Part shown: positions 1 through 10,037 of the stretch, piece after piece
Layout: each line of letters starts with the position of its first letter
Numbering within the stretch: position 1 is the stretch's first letter
Source of the DNA: Acidimicrobiia bacterium
Lineage (GTDB): Bacteria > Actinomycetota > Acidimicrobiia > Spongiisociales > UBA11373
Reading direction: 5' to 3'
DNA: 64,000 nucleotides
NCBI GenBank assembly: GCA_029263095.1
Contig: JAJCYA010000002.1
Coordinates: 32,511-96,510, forward strand
Made by a program: the position numbers and the translations under genes
The notes under the pieces: model-generated
The model's database searches: none
Seen by the model: only the letters and a program-made list of their open reading frames with translations
What the model was told of the DNA's origin: nothing

Positions 1-1600
1 CGTCTGGGTTCGTTGTGTTGGGCAGATCCTCGTGTTCGCGGAATTCCTGCTTGATGGCCTCGCGTAGATCCTCACCACGCACGCCGCGGGTTCCGTCGGC
101 GATCTGGCGCTTGATCGCCTCCTTCTTGGCACGTCGAACCACGTTCTCGATCATGGCACCCGAGGCAAAGTCGCGGAAGTACAACACTTCCTTGTCGCCG
201 TTTGCGTAGGTCACCTCGAGGAAGCGGTTGTGTTCTGCTTCGCTGTACATGTCGGCGACGACCCCGTCGACCATCTCATCGATGAGGGCGGCCCGATCGC
301 CGTCGTGCCGTTCGAGTTCACCCTCGTCGAGTGGCAGTCCACCGTGGAGGTAGATCTGGTAGATCTCGCGGGCGGCCTCGGCGTTGGGGCGCTCGATCTT
401 GATCTTCACGTCGAGACGCCCGGGGCGTAGGATCGCTGGATCGATGAGGTCCTCCCGGTTCGAGGCGCCGATGACGATCACGTTCTTGAGAGCCTCGACA
501 CCATCCAGCTCCGACAGCAGCTGGGGGACGATGGTCGACTCGACATCCGACGAGATTCCCGTTCCTCGAGTTCTGAACAGGGAGTCCATCTCGTCGAAGA
601 AGACGATCACCGGCACGCCCTCGTCTGACTTTTCCTTGGCCCTGGAGAAGATGAGGCGGATCTGGCGTTCGGTCTCTCCGACATACTTGTTGAGGAGCTC
701 GGGGCCCTTGATGTTGAGGAAGTAGGACCTGGCGTCCTCCCGTCCGGTCTGATTCGCCACTGCGCTCGCCAAGGAATTGGCGACTGCCTTCGCAATGAGC
801 GTCTTGCCGCATCCGGGAGGCCCGTACAGCAGTACTCCCTTGGGTGCCGCCAGCCCATAGTCGGCGAATAGGTGCTTGTGGACGTAGGGGAGCTCCACGG
901 CGTCGCGGATGGTCTCGATCTGACCACCGAGACCCCCAATGTCCTCGTATTGGACATCCGGGACCTCTTCCAGGACCAGTTCAGCAACCTCGGGGCGAAT
1001 GAGCCGCTCATGGACCAGCCCGGTTCGGGGGTCGATCCTCACGTGATCCCCGACTCTGATGAACCGTTCGCGCATCGGTCCCGAGCGTTCGACGACGCGC
1101 TCCTCGTCCGCGCGACCGAGGATGATGATCCTGGTGTCGTCGAGGATCTCTTTGACCGTCGCGACTTCGCCTGTCGGCTCGAACGTCCGAGCATCTATGA
1201 CGTTCATCGCTTCGTTGAGGAGGACCTCCTGGCCCTGCTCAAGTTCCTTGATTTCGATCGACGGCTCGACGCTCACTCGGAGCTTGCGGCCCCCGGTGAC
1301 GACGTCGATCGTTCCGTCGGTATTAGCACCTTGCACAATGCCGAAGGCATTGGGAGGTGCGGTCAGCTTCTCAACCTCGTCGCGCAGAACGGCGAGCTGC
1401 TCGCGCGTCTCTTCGAGAGCCACCGACAGCTTCTCATTCTGGGAGACGGCCTGAGTGAGCCTGCCCTTGGACTCCAAGAGGCGCTCTTCGAGGACGCGAA
1501 CTCGCCTCGGTGCATCCTGGAGACGACGGCGCAGCACAGCGATTTCCTCCTCAAGCATCTTGATCGTGCTGCGAAGTTCGTCGTTGTTCGTTGTTGCCAT
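1..1600 (-). CDS. arc: Proteasome-associated AAA ATPase ARC/Mpa. The N-terminus is complete (ATG at 1600); the C-terminus runs off the window start
   Basis: Reverse-strand translation begins [26 protein letters not shown] (coiled coil) and continues through Walker A GPPGCGKT and an AAA core. The long + strand ORF 872..1681 is its antisense shadow. Confidence 0.88.
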   Translation of the reverse strand, partial: MATTNNDELRSTIKMLEEEIAVLRRRLQDAPRRVRVLEERLLESKGRLTQAVSQNEKLSVALEETREQLAVLRDEVEKLTAPPNAFGIVQGANTDGTIDVVTGGRKLRVSVEPSIEIKELEQGQEVLLNEAMNVIDARTFEPTGEVATVKEILDDTRIIILGRADEERVVERSGPMRERFIRVGDHVRIDPRTGLVHERLIRPEVAELVLEEVPDVQYEDIGGLGGQIETIRDAVELPYVHKHLFADYGLAAPKGVLLYGPPGCGKTLIAKAVANSLASAVANQTGREDARSYFLNIKGPELLNKYVGETERQIRLIFSRAKEKSDEGVPVIVFFDEMDSLFRTRGTGISSDVESTIVPQLLSELDGVEALKNVIVIGASNREDLIDPAILRPGRLDVKIKIERPNAEAAREIYQIYLHGGLPLDEGELERHDGDRAALIDEMVDGVVADMYSEAEHNRFLEVTYANGDKEVLYFRDFASGAMIENVVRRAKKEAIKRQIADGTRGVRGEDLREAIKQEFREHEDLPNTTNPD

Positions 1601-1761
1601 GAGGGCTCACCTCTGGTCCAGACGACCGTGGACCGGGTCTCCCCGGTCCGGGCGCAAAGTATACGCCGCGCCCGGCGGTGAGCCCTTTCTAGGTTGTCTT
1701 GAGTCAAACGCGCGCCTGGGTAGACTCGCCGCATCGCGAGCACCATCGGAGTGTTTTCACC

Positions 1762-2007
1762 ATGAAGGTTTGGATCGATCAAGACCTCTGCACAGGAGAC
1801 GGCCTCTGCGAAGAGATCGCACCAGACGTCTTTGTGCTCCTGGACGACGGTCTGGCCTATGTGCGTGAAGGCGACACGATCTTTGCCGCATCCGAAGGCA
1901 ATTCGGAAGGAGCCGGGGGGCTCGCTCTGGTGCCGGCCGGGCAGGAGGACATCACCATCGAGTCTGCAGAAGAGTGCCCCGGGGAGTGCATCTTCATCGA
2001 GCCGTAG
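1762..2007 (+). CDS. Small [3Fe-4S]/[4Fe-4S] ferredoxin (81 aa)
   Basis: MKVWIDQDLCTGDGLCEEIAPDVF...ECPGECIFIEP, the classic actinobacterial Fdx cysteine pattern. The gene is divergent from arc. Confidence 0.8.
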   Translation: MKVWIDQDLCTGDGLCEEIAPDVFVLLDDGLAYVREGDTIFAASEGNSEGAGGLALVPAGQEDITIESAEECPGECIFIEP

Positions 2008-2027
2008 GGTCCCGACTCCAGTTCCGC

Positions 2028-2837
2028 CTACCCATCCTCTTCGATGTGGAGCTGAGCTGAAGCGTGGGTGGCGACCGTCAAGAACCCGGTGTGACCCACC
2101 ATTTGAGTTTCGGGGCGAACCGAACGCCCCTCTACTTTCCATTCGCGGTGTAGCCCTTCGAAGGTCTCGGGACCGATGAACCAACCGCAGCGACGCAGTG
2201 TGTCCGTCAGACGCTGTACCTGGGGAACGGTCGGCACGTAGGCACAAACGACTGCACCCGCCGAGAGCAACCCCGCGGCGGCTTCGACGACCGTCCACGG
2301 CTCCGGTAGGTCGAGCATGAGTCGATCCACACCGGGATAGGAATCGAATACGTCGCAGACATCGCCTTCCAGCATCGTGAGGTTGTCGGGCAGACCGCCG
2401 TGGAATCTCGCGATGATCTTGGCTGCATGCTGGCGGTGATCGTCGCGACGTTCGACCGTGACCACGCGTCCTTCCGGCCCGACGGCGCGCAAAAGGGCCA
2501 GGGTCAGAGCTCCGGACCCCGTACCAGCCTCGACCACTGTGTGACCGGGAGCGACATCCCCCCAGTGGATCATCGGGCCCAGATCCTTGGGGTAGATGAG
2601 CTGGGCACCTCGCGGCATCTTGAGCACGTAATCGCTGAGGCGGGGTCGGAGAGCTACGAGCCGACTGTCGGTGTTCGAACGCAAGAGAGATGCCGGCGCC
2701 GCACCAATGATGTCGTCGTGCTTGAGAGACCCGGCGTGATACTGGAACTCGCCGCCCTCGGCCAGATCGATCAGATAGCGCCGCCCCTTGGCGTCGAGAA
2801 GCAGGCAGAGGTCGCCGTTGGCGAAGGGGGTGCTCAC
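2028..2837 (-). CDS. trmI: tRNA (adenine58-N1)-methyltransferase TrmI
   Basis: 269 aa with GDxxLDLPEPW-like and AGTGSGALT SAM motifs, homologous to Rv2118c-type TrmI. The gene starts with GTG and lies next to arc, as in mycobacterial synteny. Confidence 0.85.
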   Translation of the reverse strand: MSTPFANGDLCLLLDAKGRRYLIDLAEGGEFQYHAGSLKHDDIIGAAPASLLRSNTDSRLVALRPRLSDYVLKMPRGAQLIYPKDLGPMIHWGDVAPGHTVVEAGTGSGALTLALLRAVGPEGRVVTVERRDDHRQHAAKIIARFHGGLPDNLTMLEGDVCDVFDSYPGVDRLMLDLPEPWTVVEAAAGLLSAGAVVCAYVPTVPQVQRLTDTLRRCGWFIGPETFEGLHREWKVEGRSVRPETQMVGHTGFLTVATHASAQLHIEEDG

Positions 2838-2944
2838 CCGTCGCCGAGGAGAGCGGCGAGGTACGGAAGGGTGAGCGACAGCACCATCGTGCCGGCTATT
2901 ACGAAGACGAGGATCTTTACGAATCGTTCGCGGTGTCGGAACAT
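2834..2944 (-). CDS. Possible 36-aa hydrophobic micro-protein whose stop overlaps the trmI start (GTGA)
   Basis: ATG..TGA frame reading MFRHRERFVKILVFVIAGTMVLSLTLPYLAALLGDG. It falls below the ORF-track length cutoff; the 4-nt overlap with the trmI GTG suggests translational coupling. Confidence 0.3.
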   Translation of the reverse strand: MFRHRERFVKILVFVIAGTMVLSLTLPYLAALLGDG

Positions 2945-3302
2945 GACCGGCAACTCTAGAACTCCTCAGACCCGTCGGGGCGGAGTCGACTGTTCTGCCT
3001 CCAGCCAGGACCTGGGCGGCATTACCATCGCAGTCGTGGATCCACTACGAACCGGTGCAAGGCTTCTTTCGAGAGGCATGAGAGGTGGCAATGCCGCACT
3101 CACATTCGTCGGGGCCTTCCTAGCCGCCCGCGGGATCCTGCGGTGGCTCGACCGGCCTGACCGAGAGTTGCTCTACTCCAGACGCCTCGCCCCCGGGGAG
3201 AGTCTCAGAATCGGCCTGGTGGAACCCGACGACCAGTGATCGGTGGTTGAGGCGGCGATCCTCGGCGAACCCAGGCCACCGTGTGCGTCGGGCTCCGGTC
3301 GG

Positions 3303-3500
3303 TCAACCGAGTCGGTAGACCTCAACCAGAGCTGAACCTTTGCGACCCTTCCGTCGGCCCATGAGGTACACGATCAGCAGGAGAACGACCACGCCGATCG
3401 CGGCGGCAACTCCCACGTTGCGGGCGCCTTCGGCCGTTTCGTCGATGACTCCTTGAATCTCTCTGAGCTTGTCCTCGAGGTCGGATCGTTCGACTGTCAC
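3303..3500 (-). CDS. Small membrane protein (65 aa), coupled by a GTGA overlap to the upstream holin-like gene
   Basis: VTVERSDLEDKLREIQGVIDETAEGARNVGVAAAIGVVVLLLIVYLMGRRKGRKG: an amphipathic helix followed by one TM segment and a basic tail. Confidence 0.4.
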   Translation of the reverse strand: MTVERSDLEDKLREIQGVIDETAEGARNVGVAAAIGVVVLLLIVYLMGRRKGRKGSALVEVYRLG

Positions 3501-3790
3501 TTGGCTGCCCTCCACATGACGAGACCGGTGATGGCGAGGAGCGCGAGGGCGGACGCGATGTAGCCGAGACCACTCCAGATCGCTCCATCCGGCATCGCCT
3601 CCACGATCAGGCGCATACCGACCACAGCCAGGAACAGCGAGGCCAAGACGAACAGGAATGCGGCTGCGAGGCTGAATCCGAAGAGACGCCCCAGCTTCTT
3701 GGCGGGCACAATCGTGTGCTCCCGCAAATACTCCTTGGCGAGATCGATGAACTCTGAGATCAGTTGCGGCAGCTCGGTCGGGCTGGCCAT
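3497..3790 (-). CDS. Two-TM membrane protein resembling the actinobacterial 'Holin-X' family (97 aa)
   Basis: MASPTELPQLISEFIDLAKEYLREHTIVPAKKLGRLFGFSLAAAFLFVLASLFLAVVG...ITGLVMWRAAK: an N-terminal amphipathic region followed by two hydrophobic helices. Confidence 0.5.
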   Translation of the reverse strand: MASPTELPQLISEFIDLAKEYLREHTIVPAKKLGRLFGFSLAAAFLFVLASLFLAVVGMRLIVEAMPDGAIWSGLGYIASALALLAITGLVMWRAAK

Positions 3791-3831
3791 CGGGATGCTC
3801 CGGGTTTGGTAGAACCAGGCTACCCGATGCC

Positions 3832-5160
3832 GTGCCCTGCCCCGGTGTGTTGGGCCACACCCCGGTAATGTCGCCTCTCGTGAATGCCAGCAGCCGGTCT
3901 GTCAGCCAGCGCAACCTGAGGCTCATCGTCGTCGGTCAGGGCGTCTCGTACTTGGGCGATTACCTGGCGTTCTTCCTGGCACTGCCCGTGTTCGTGCGGG
4001 ATCGGACCGGCTCAGCCGGGTCGTTGGGGCTGCTGGCGGCAGCCGAGACGGCGGCAGTCCTCCTCTTTGGGCTGATGGCGGGTGTGCTTCTCGACCGTGT
4101 GCGGTTGCGAAGGGCCGTAGTCCTCGCCGACCTGTCTCGCGCCGTCGCCTTTGGACTTCTCGCACTCGCGGTGGCACTCGAGGTCGAGGCAACCTGGATG
4201 GCCTTCGCCGTAGCGTTCGTCGTAGGGTCCATGGGGACCGTGTTCGATTCCGGTCTCCAGAGCCAGATGCCGACGGTTCTGGAGGATGATCAGCTTCCGG
4301 GTGCCAATGCTGGGGTCGAGTTTGCTCGCAACTTGGCCATGACCCTCGGGTTTGTTGTGGGCGGGGTCGTCATCTCGGCGGGCGGGGGGATTGGTGGTGC
4401 CTTCGCCTTCGATGGGCTCACTTACCTGGTCTCGGTGCTCGCCATCCTGGCGCTCAAGGAGTTGCGTCCGCGCCCGAAAGCTCCCGTCGAACCCGTGATG
4501 CAGGCCCTGGCGTCGGGACTTGGCCACCTGTGGTCGACTCGTCCGCTGCGATGGGCGACGGGAGCCGCGTTGATCACGAACCTAGCGTTTGCGCCATTGG
4601 CGGCCGTCATGACTCTCTACGCCGAGGCGGATCTTGGGATCAAGGACGAGCAGCAACTCGGCATCTTCTTCGCTGTCTTCTCTGCGATCGCGGCCCTGGG
4701 CGCTATCTCGGCGTCGCGCCTCATGGCATGGGTCGGGGTCGGGCGGTCGGTGATCGTGGGCGGCCTTCTGTTCGGAGTAGGTGCGGCGGGTGCCGGGGTC
4801 GCTGAAGGCTGGTGGGCTGTGGTGCCATTCGGAATCGGTACGGGTGGGGTTGCGATCAATCAGGCTGCCTTCGTCACTCTGCGTCAGCGGCTCACACCTC
4901 CCGAACGGTTGGGCAGAGTCATCTCGGCCTCCCGTACGATCGCTTGGATGGGAATCCCGATTGGGGCCACCCTGGGAGGTGTGCTGGGAGACGCCATTGG
5001 ACTGCGCGCTCTGTTCATTGGCGGCGGGGCCATAATCGTTGGCGTCTCAATAGTGATGGGAGCCGGTCCCCTCGGACAATCGGATTCGGCCGCAGCGAAG
5101 GCCGACGCTAGGGCCACACGGGTTTTGAGTACAGACTGGCTCAGGGGGGGTGGCGCGTGA
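3832..5160 (+). CDS. MFS transporter (12 TM). An alternative start is at 3868 (MSPLVNAS)
   Basis: Hydrophobic periodicity typical of MFS proteins, with GxLxDRxGRR-like loop motifs (LLDRVRLRRAVV). Confidence 0.85.
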   Translation: MPCPGVLGHTPVMSPLVNASSRSVSQRNLRLIVVGQGVSYLGDYLAFFLALPVFVRDRTGSAGSLGLLAAAETAAVLLFGLMAGVLLDRVRLRRAVVLADLSRAVAFGLLALAVALEVEATWMAFAVAFVVGSMGTVFDSGLQSQMPTVLEDDQLPGANAGVEFARNLAMTLGFVVGGVVISAGGGIGGAFAFDGLTYLVSVLAILALKELRPRPKAPVEPVMQALASGLGHLWSTRPLRWATGAALITNLAFAPLAAVMTLYAEADLGIKDEQQLGIFFAVFSAIAALGAISASRLMAWVGVGRSVIVGGLLFGVGAAGAGVAEGWWAVVPFGIGTGGVAINQAAFVTLRQRLTPPERLGRVISASRTIAWMGIPIGATLGGVLGDAIGLRALFIGGGAIIVGVSIVMGAGPLGQSDSAAAKADARATRVLSTDWLRGGGA

Positions 5161-6059
5161 GCGATCGCAAACTCGTGTCGACTGCTGCCGGTCTGCACAC
5201 CGGGCCATTCGGCTGGGTCGAGTGGCTTCTGATGGCAGGCACCGCCATCATGTGGGGGTCTTCGTTTCTATGGATCGCCGAGGCCCTGGAGACAATCGAA
5301 CCGGCCACGGTGACTCTGGGGCGGCTCGTCCTCGGTGCCGTAGCGCTCGGCGCCTCTCGGCGTGCCAGAGCCCCGGTAGACCGAATCGATCGCAGTCGGA
5401 TCGCCCTTCTCGGCATCGTTTGGATGGCTGTTCCGTTACTTCTGTTCCCCATCGCTCAGCAGTGGGTGGACTCGTCGATCGCCGGCATGGTGAACGGCGG
5501 TGTCCCCCTCTTCGCTGCAGTTATAGCTGCCTTGCTGCTGCGCCGGCTTCCGGGGCGAGTCCAGTCTGTCGGGCTCGTGCTCGGCTTTGTCGGTGTCGTC
5601 CTTGTCGCGCTCCCTTCGGTCACGGACGCCGATGGAAGCCCTCTGGGGGTGGGCCTGATCGTGATCGCCACGGTCATGTATGGACTCGCCGTCAACCTGT
5701 CGGTCCCCCTGACTCAGCGGTACGGGGCACTCCCGGTTCTGTGGCGCGCCCAGCTGACGGCCATTGTTGTGACTGCCCCCTTTGGCATCGTTGGGCTGGC
5801 GGACTCGTCGTGGGCGTGGTCAGGCGCAGTGGCGATGCTCCTGCTCGGCGTGTTGAGCACCGGATTGGCCTTTGTGGCGATGGCCGAACTCGGAAGGCGG
5901 GTCGGGCCGACTCGAGGAGCGATCGGGATCTATTTCATACCTGTAGTCGCCATGGTCCTCGGTGTGGTGTTTCGCAGCGAGACGCTTGCGGGGGCAGCCA
6001 TAGCCGGCACAGCATTCATCATCATCGGGGCGTGGCTCAACAGTCGCAGGGAGAGCTGA
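5157..6059 (+). CDS. EamA/DMT-family transporter (10 TM)
   Basis: Two EamA-like halves. The GTG start overlaps the MFS stop. Confidence 0.8.
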   Translation: MSDRKLVSTAAGLHTGPFGWVEWLLMAGTAIMWGSSFLWIAEALETIEPATVTLGRLVLGAVALGASRRARAPVDRIDRSRIALLGIVWMAVPLLLFPIAQQWVDSSIAGMVNGGVPLFAAVIAALLLRRLPGRVQSVGLVLGFVGVVLVALPSVTDADGSPLGVGLIVIATVMYGLAVNLSVPLTQRYGALPVLWRAQLTAIVVTAPFGIVGLADSSWAWSGAVAMLLLGVLSTGLAFVAMAELGRRVGPTRGAIGIYFIPVVAMVLGVVFRSETLAGAAIAGTAFIIIGAWLNSRRES

Positions 6060-6108
6060 GTCATGTGTCGATGGCGGCGTACCGAGATCCTGCCGGGATT
6101 GGAGGATC

Positions 6109-7335
6109 TCAGAGGGTGCTGAGTTCCTCCAGGACGCCGAGCACCCGATCGACCTCTTTCGCCGTCGTGTAGTGAACGAATCCGATACGCACCAGCCCGC
6201 CCTGCTCGAGCAGGCCGAGTTGCCGCATAGCTTCGACGGCGTAGTAGTGGCCATCCCATACGTAGATTCCACGTCGGCCCATCTCCGCCGCAACTTCCTG
6301 GGCGCCCATTCCAGCCACGTCGACCGCAAAAGTGGAGACGCGCTGATCTCCGGCATCCGGCGGGCCGTAAAGACGCACGCCCGGCATCTCGGCCACGCCC
6401 GACAGGAATCGGGTGCTGAGGCCGTCCTCATGGGCGCGGATTGCATCAAATGCCGATTGCAGACGGTGGCGACGGTCCTCTCCGGTTCCCAACGAAGCCA
6501 AATAGTCGATCGCGGCTGTAACTGCGGCCAACGACTCGAATGACTGCGTGCCGGTCTCCCACCGATCGGGAGCCGTTTCGGGCGCCGGACGCACCTTGTA
6601 GGGAGTGAGAGTCTCGAGGTGCTCCTTCTTGCCGTACAGCAACCCAGTGTGCGGCCCAAAGAACTTGTAGGCGCTCGCCGCCAGGAAGTCGCACCCGAGC
6701 GTCCTCACATCTGAGAGACGGTGGGCGCTGTAGTGGACGGCATCGACGTACGACAATGCGCCGACAACGGCTGCTGCCTTGACGATCGGAACCAAGTCGG
6801 TCACCGACCCCAACGCATTGGAGGCCGCTGTGACTGCTACGACCCGAGTTCGCTCGTTGATGGCGGATGTGACCGCAACGGCATCGAGCAACCCCGTTGC
6901 AGGGTCGAATGGAACTGGGACGACTTCGGCTCCCTTCTCCTGGGCGACTTCGCGCCACGGAGATACGTTGGCGTCGTGATCCAGGTTGGTGACCACGACG
7001 CGGTCACCCGGCAGCCAGTCCCGTGCGATCGCACGCGACATCGCAAATGTGAGACTCGTCATGTTCTGCCCGAACAGGATCTCGCCTGGGGAAGCACCAA
7101 GTAGGTCGCCGGCCGCGAGGCGCGCCGCATCGGCCAATTCCGCTCCGTCTCTGCTCGCCGCAAAGCTCCCACCGTGGTTGGAGACCCCTTCGCGTAGCCG
7201 CGCTGCAATAGCGTCGATTACGACGCTCGGAACCTGTGTCCCTGCCGGCCCGTCGAGCCAGGCCACTTGCTGCCCATCCTGATGCCGAGAAAGCGCAGGG
7301 AAGGCGGTTCGTACTTCAGCCACGTCATATGCCAT
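6109..7335 (-). CDS. Class-V aminotransferase, a cysteine desulfurase-like protein
   Basis: NALGSVTD...SAYKFFGPHTGLLYG carries the PLP lysine motif SxxK and a fold-type I pattern. The start is probably at MAYDVAEVRTAFPAL (7335), though the ORF extends to 7368. Confidence 0.8.
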   Translation of the reverse strand: MAYDVAEVRTAFPALSRHQDGQQVAWLDGPAGTQVPSVVIDAIAARLREGVSNHGGSFAASRDGAELADAARLAAGDLLGASPGEILFGQNMTSLTFAMSRAIARDWLPGDRVVVTNLDHDANVSPWREVAQEKGAEVVPVPFDPATGLLDAVAVTSAINERTRVVAVTAASNALGSVTDLVPIVKAAAVVGALSYVDAVHYSAHRLSDVRTLGCDFLAASAYKFFGPHTGLLYGKKEHLETLTPYKVRPAPETAPDRWETGTQSFESLAAVTAAIDYLASLGTGEDRRHRLQSAFDAIRAHEDGLSTRFLSGVAEMPGVRLYGPPDAGDQRVSTFAVDVAGMGAQEVAAEMGRRGIYVWDGHYYAVEAMRQLGLLEQGGLVRIGFVHYTTAKEVDRVLGVLEELSTL

Positions 7336-7615
7336 GGGAAGATCGTAGGAGGTCCCCTGTTGCGTCAACGGAGATGTTCCACACCGAGCTGTTCACAGTC
7401 GCGCCGAGCACACCATTTCAGACGTGATCAATCGCGACGACTCCGGTTGGCGACTACTGCGCAGCCGTTGCCCCGACCTTCGATATGACCCTGATCGCCC
7501 TTGCCGCGCTCGGCGTGCGCCCGGCGCTATGTAAGGCCTTGCGAATCTGACCCGCGGTACGGTTTGACGGCTAGATCCTCAGAGCCGCGGACGCGGTCGA
7601 GGTCTAGCGGCCGGT

Positions 7616-8260
7616 CTACTCCCTAACGAAGTAGTCGAAGGCGATGATCGACGCCACCTGCCGGTCAATGGTCCAGGCAGTGGCCCAGGCATGCGCCGTG
7701 TGGGCGCCATCCCACACCGACTCGGTGGCCCAGCAATCGGTGATGCTGCCGGGCGCTAGGTAGGTGTCGTCACACCAGACGTGGCCGAATCCTTCGAGAT
7801 AGACGTAGACCCCCCAAAGCTCCTCATCGCCGCTGTTCTCGACCTCGAAGTACCACTCCACCAGGTCCTCGTCCTCGAGGATCACGGTCTCCTTGCCGTC
7901 ACGCGGGCCGACGAGTTCTGCGCTCAAGGTGAGGGTCCCGTCGGGTGCGGGACCGGAGGGGACCGTGGTGGTGGTCGTCGTTGGCACCGGGACGGTCGTC
8001 GTAGCAGTCGGTTCGACCTGCTCGACCGGGACCGGGTCCTCGGCTTGTCCGTCGAATAGCGCGCTATCAGGAACCGACACCACTGGATCAGAGATGGAGT
8101 TCTGGATCACATTGGGCGTGGTTGTGGGGACGGATGCAGGGCCGACGGGCTCGGTGGCCTGTGACCCTGCCGTGAGGCGTGGGCTCAGGGCGAGAAACCC
8201 GGCAAAGAGGACCCCGGCGATGACGGCGATCATCACGGTTCGCCCGACGTTGTCTGACAT
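7616..8260 (-). CDS. Hypothetical membrane-anchored protein with an N-terminal TM, a Thr/Pro-rich linker and a C-terminal Trp/His-rich domain
   Basis: MSDNVGRTVMIAVIAGVLFAGFLAL, then PTTTPN...TTTVPVPTTTTTTVP, then ...WYFEVENSGDEELWGVYVYLEGFGHVWCDD. Confidence 0.5.
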   Translation of the reverse strand: MSDNVGRTVMIAVIAGVLFAGFLALSPRLTAGSQATEPVGPASVPTTTPNVIQNSISDPVVSVPDSALFDGQAEDPVPVEQVEPTATTTVPVPTTTTTTVPSGPAPDGTLTLSAELVGPRDGKETVILEDEDLVEWYFEVENSGDEELWGVYVYLEGFGHVWCDDTYLAPGSITDCWATESVWDGAHTAHAWATAWTIDRQVASIIAFDYFVRE

Positions 8261-8363
8261 GAGATAACCCCTCGACTACCTGTAGTGGCTACATGCCCAC
8301 TCTAAGCGGTGCTCCCTTCTGCGGCCAGGGAAGCCGGGGATCATTCCGGATCGGTCGCCGTGA

Positions 8364-10037
8364 CTAGTACCCGGCGCCGATCTCACTCAATACGAGTCGT
8401 GCCATCTCAGCATGCCCCAATTCGTTGGGATGAAGAGTCCCCGAGGTGAGAAACCGCGGCGTTGGTCCCTGCAACGCAGCGCTCTGACTGGCTGTCCTGT
8501 ACCAAGAGACTGCTCCATCATTTTGCAGGACGGGAGCACCGTGGCGTCCCGGGGGGCGATACCAGCCGTCCGTGTAGTCGATGCGGCGCCGGGAGAGGAG
8601 AGGAGAATCCTCGAAGTCACCGGGATACCCGTAGTCCGGCCAGGGAGCGCAATACCCGTGACCCCGAGTAAAGCCGGCGGCCACGCGCCCCACCCAGGTC
8701 CACCCGTGAGCGTCGGCCGCAGCCTGCAGCGAGAGATTGAGTGGCTCCAGAAGACGCTGAACGGCAGCCGTCTGCTCCCGATCGTCGACCTCGTGAAATC
8801 CGAATGGCGGCGTCACATCACCGACGATCTCGTCACACTGTCCGCCGTCGGGGCTCCCGCCCGTCGGATTGGGGTACTCGACAAGGACGACACGATCGAT
8901 CGTGAAGGACTCGAGTCGGTCCGCCAGTCGTCCAAAGGCCCGGTCGAGCCCCTCGAGACCGGGCAGGACGCTCCGCGTGCCTCCCACCGATCTGCACCCG
9001 ATGTCGAACGGTGCGTCGTATGTGACGCTTACTCCCCTGTCCCACACACCGTCTTCGGCCGACGACCACAGATTGTCGATCAATACCTCGTAACAGAAAG
9101 GGTTGAACAGCGGGTCGGCTTCGACCAGGGCCCGGATGATCCTCGAGAAGCCGACGTCGTTCCCTCCAACCTGTATCAAAAGGATGTCGATCCGCCGATC
9201 CCCGACTATGCGTTCGACATCGTCCAACTGAGCGGGGATCGCCGGATCGGAACGCGGCCGGAGCAGGCCGCTGTCGATCCGGGCACCCGACGCAGCGAGA
9301 TCCACGAAGGTCACAGATGTCCGGTGCTCCCCATCTTCGAGCGCCAATGCCACCTGCGCCGGCCACCCGACGGATGAGCGGTGGGCGAGCGCATGACTTT
9401 CCACGGCTGCGGGATCGGCCGCGTCCGCCCAGGAAGTCACACCGTCGACCATCGGTATGTCAGGGCTTCCCTCGCCGCTGGGGTAGGAATCGCCGATGGC
9501 CACGACCAGGATGTCATCCACGACCATTGACCCCCGGCTGTGGAGTGTGATGCTCCCCCACGGCAATCGCACACGAACCCGGAGGTCGACGTCGTGCTCC
9601 CCTTCGGGAAGCAGCAGCTTGAGATCGGGCCTGGGCCGATGGTATGTGCCGGACCCGGCAGGACCGGAAATGCGCCACTCGTAGGTCACGAAACCTGCCT
9701 CGGGCAATCCGATGTCTGCCGGAGTCGGCGTCGCCACCAGTCGGACCGGTAGCCGGATGGCGGGGCATTGCCTGGGACAGCTATCGGGGACCCTGTTGTG
9801 GGTGTACTCCGGGGAGTTCTCGATCTCGACCAGCCCGTCTCCATCGGCATCGAGCCCAAAGCGCGGCTCCATCGACCAGTCGAATGAGGCTCTCGTCGGC
9901 GTCTCCTGGGCGATCGACACCGTAGGCAACACTTCGAGCAGACCGGTGATGACAATGGCGACTGTCAGCGCGGCGAACCACCACCCCTCTCGTGGCGGAG
10001 GCACGAACGAGGTCGCTGGGGATGACTCCGATCTCAT
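8364..10037 (-). CDS. Membrane-anchored SGNH/GDSL-family hydrolase (557 aa)
   Basis: Block I VAIGDSYPSGEG, block III LIQVGGND and a C-terminal DxxH-type histidine (LHPNELGH). The ATG overlaps the histidine-kinase stop (ATGA). Confidence 0.75.
   Translation of the reverse strand: MRSESSPATSFVPPPREGWWFAALTVAIVITGLLEVLPTVSIAQETPTRASFDWSMEPRFGLDADGDGLVEIENSPEYTHNRVPDSCPRQCPAIRLPVRLVATPTPADIGLPEAGFVTYEWRISGPAGSGTYHRPRPDLKLLLPEGEHDVDLRVRVRLPWGSITLHSRGSMVVDDILVVAIGDSYPSGEGSPDIPMVDGVTSWADAADPAAVESHALAHRSSVGWPAQVALALEDGEHRTSVTFVDLAASGARIDSGLLRPRSDPAIPAQLDDVERIVGDRRIDILLIQVGGNDVGFSRIIRALVEADPLFNPFCYEVLIDNLWSSAEDGVWDRGVSVTYDAPFDIGCRSVGGTRSVLPGLEGLDRAFGRLADRLESFTIDRVVLVEYPNPTGGSPDGGQCDEIVGDVTPPFGFHEVDDREQTAAVQRLLEPLNLSLQAAADAHGWTWVGRVAAGFTRGHGYCAPWPDYGYPGDFEDSPLLSRRRIDYTDGWYRPPGRHGAPVLQNDGAVSWYRTASQSAALQGPTPRFLTSGTLHPNELGHAEMARLVLSEIGAGY

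Noticed and set aside
872-1681. 269-aa + strand ORF
   Set aside because: It lies entirely antisense to the arc AAA-ATPase gene, whose motifs read cleanly on the - strand. It is a typical high-GC shadow ORF.
2950-3239. Tail of ORF 2400..3239 (+) as a possible small gene (MRGGNAALTFVGAFLAARGILRWLDRPDRELLYSRRL...)
   Set aside because: It has no clear RBS or start, and most of the ORF is antisense to trmI. It is left unannotated, although the ~350-nt gap at 2945..3302 is notably non-coding.
8412-9377. 321-aa + strand ORF
   Set aside because: It is antisense to the SGNH hydrolase. Similar antisense ORFs at 28294..28956 (lysA), 43326..43961 (OMT), 52326..53231 (SBP), 54472..55200 (pgk), 56315..57232 (yvcK/rapZ), 60253..61320 (W-rich gene) and 61835..63166 (MTase/uvrA) were rejected for the same reason.
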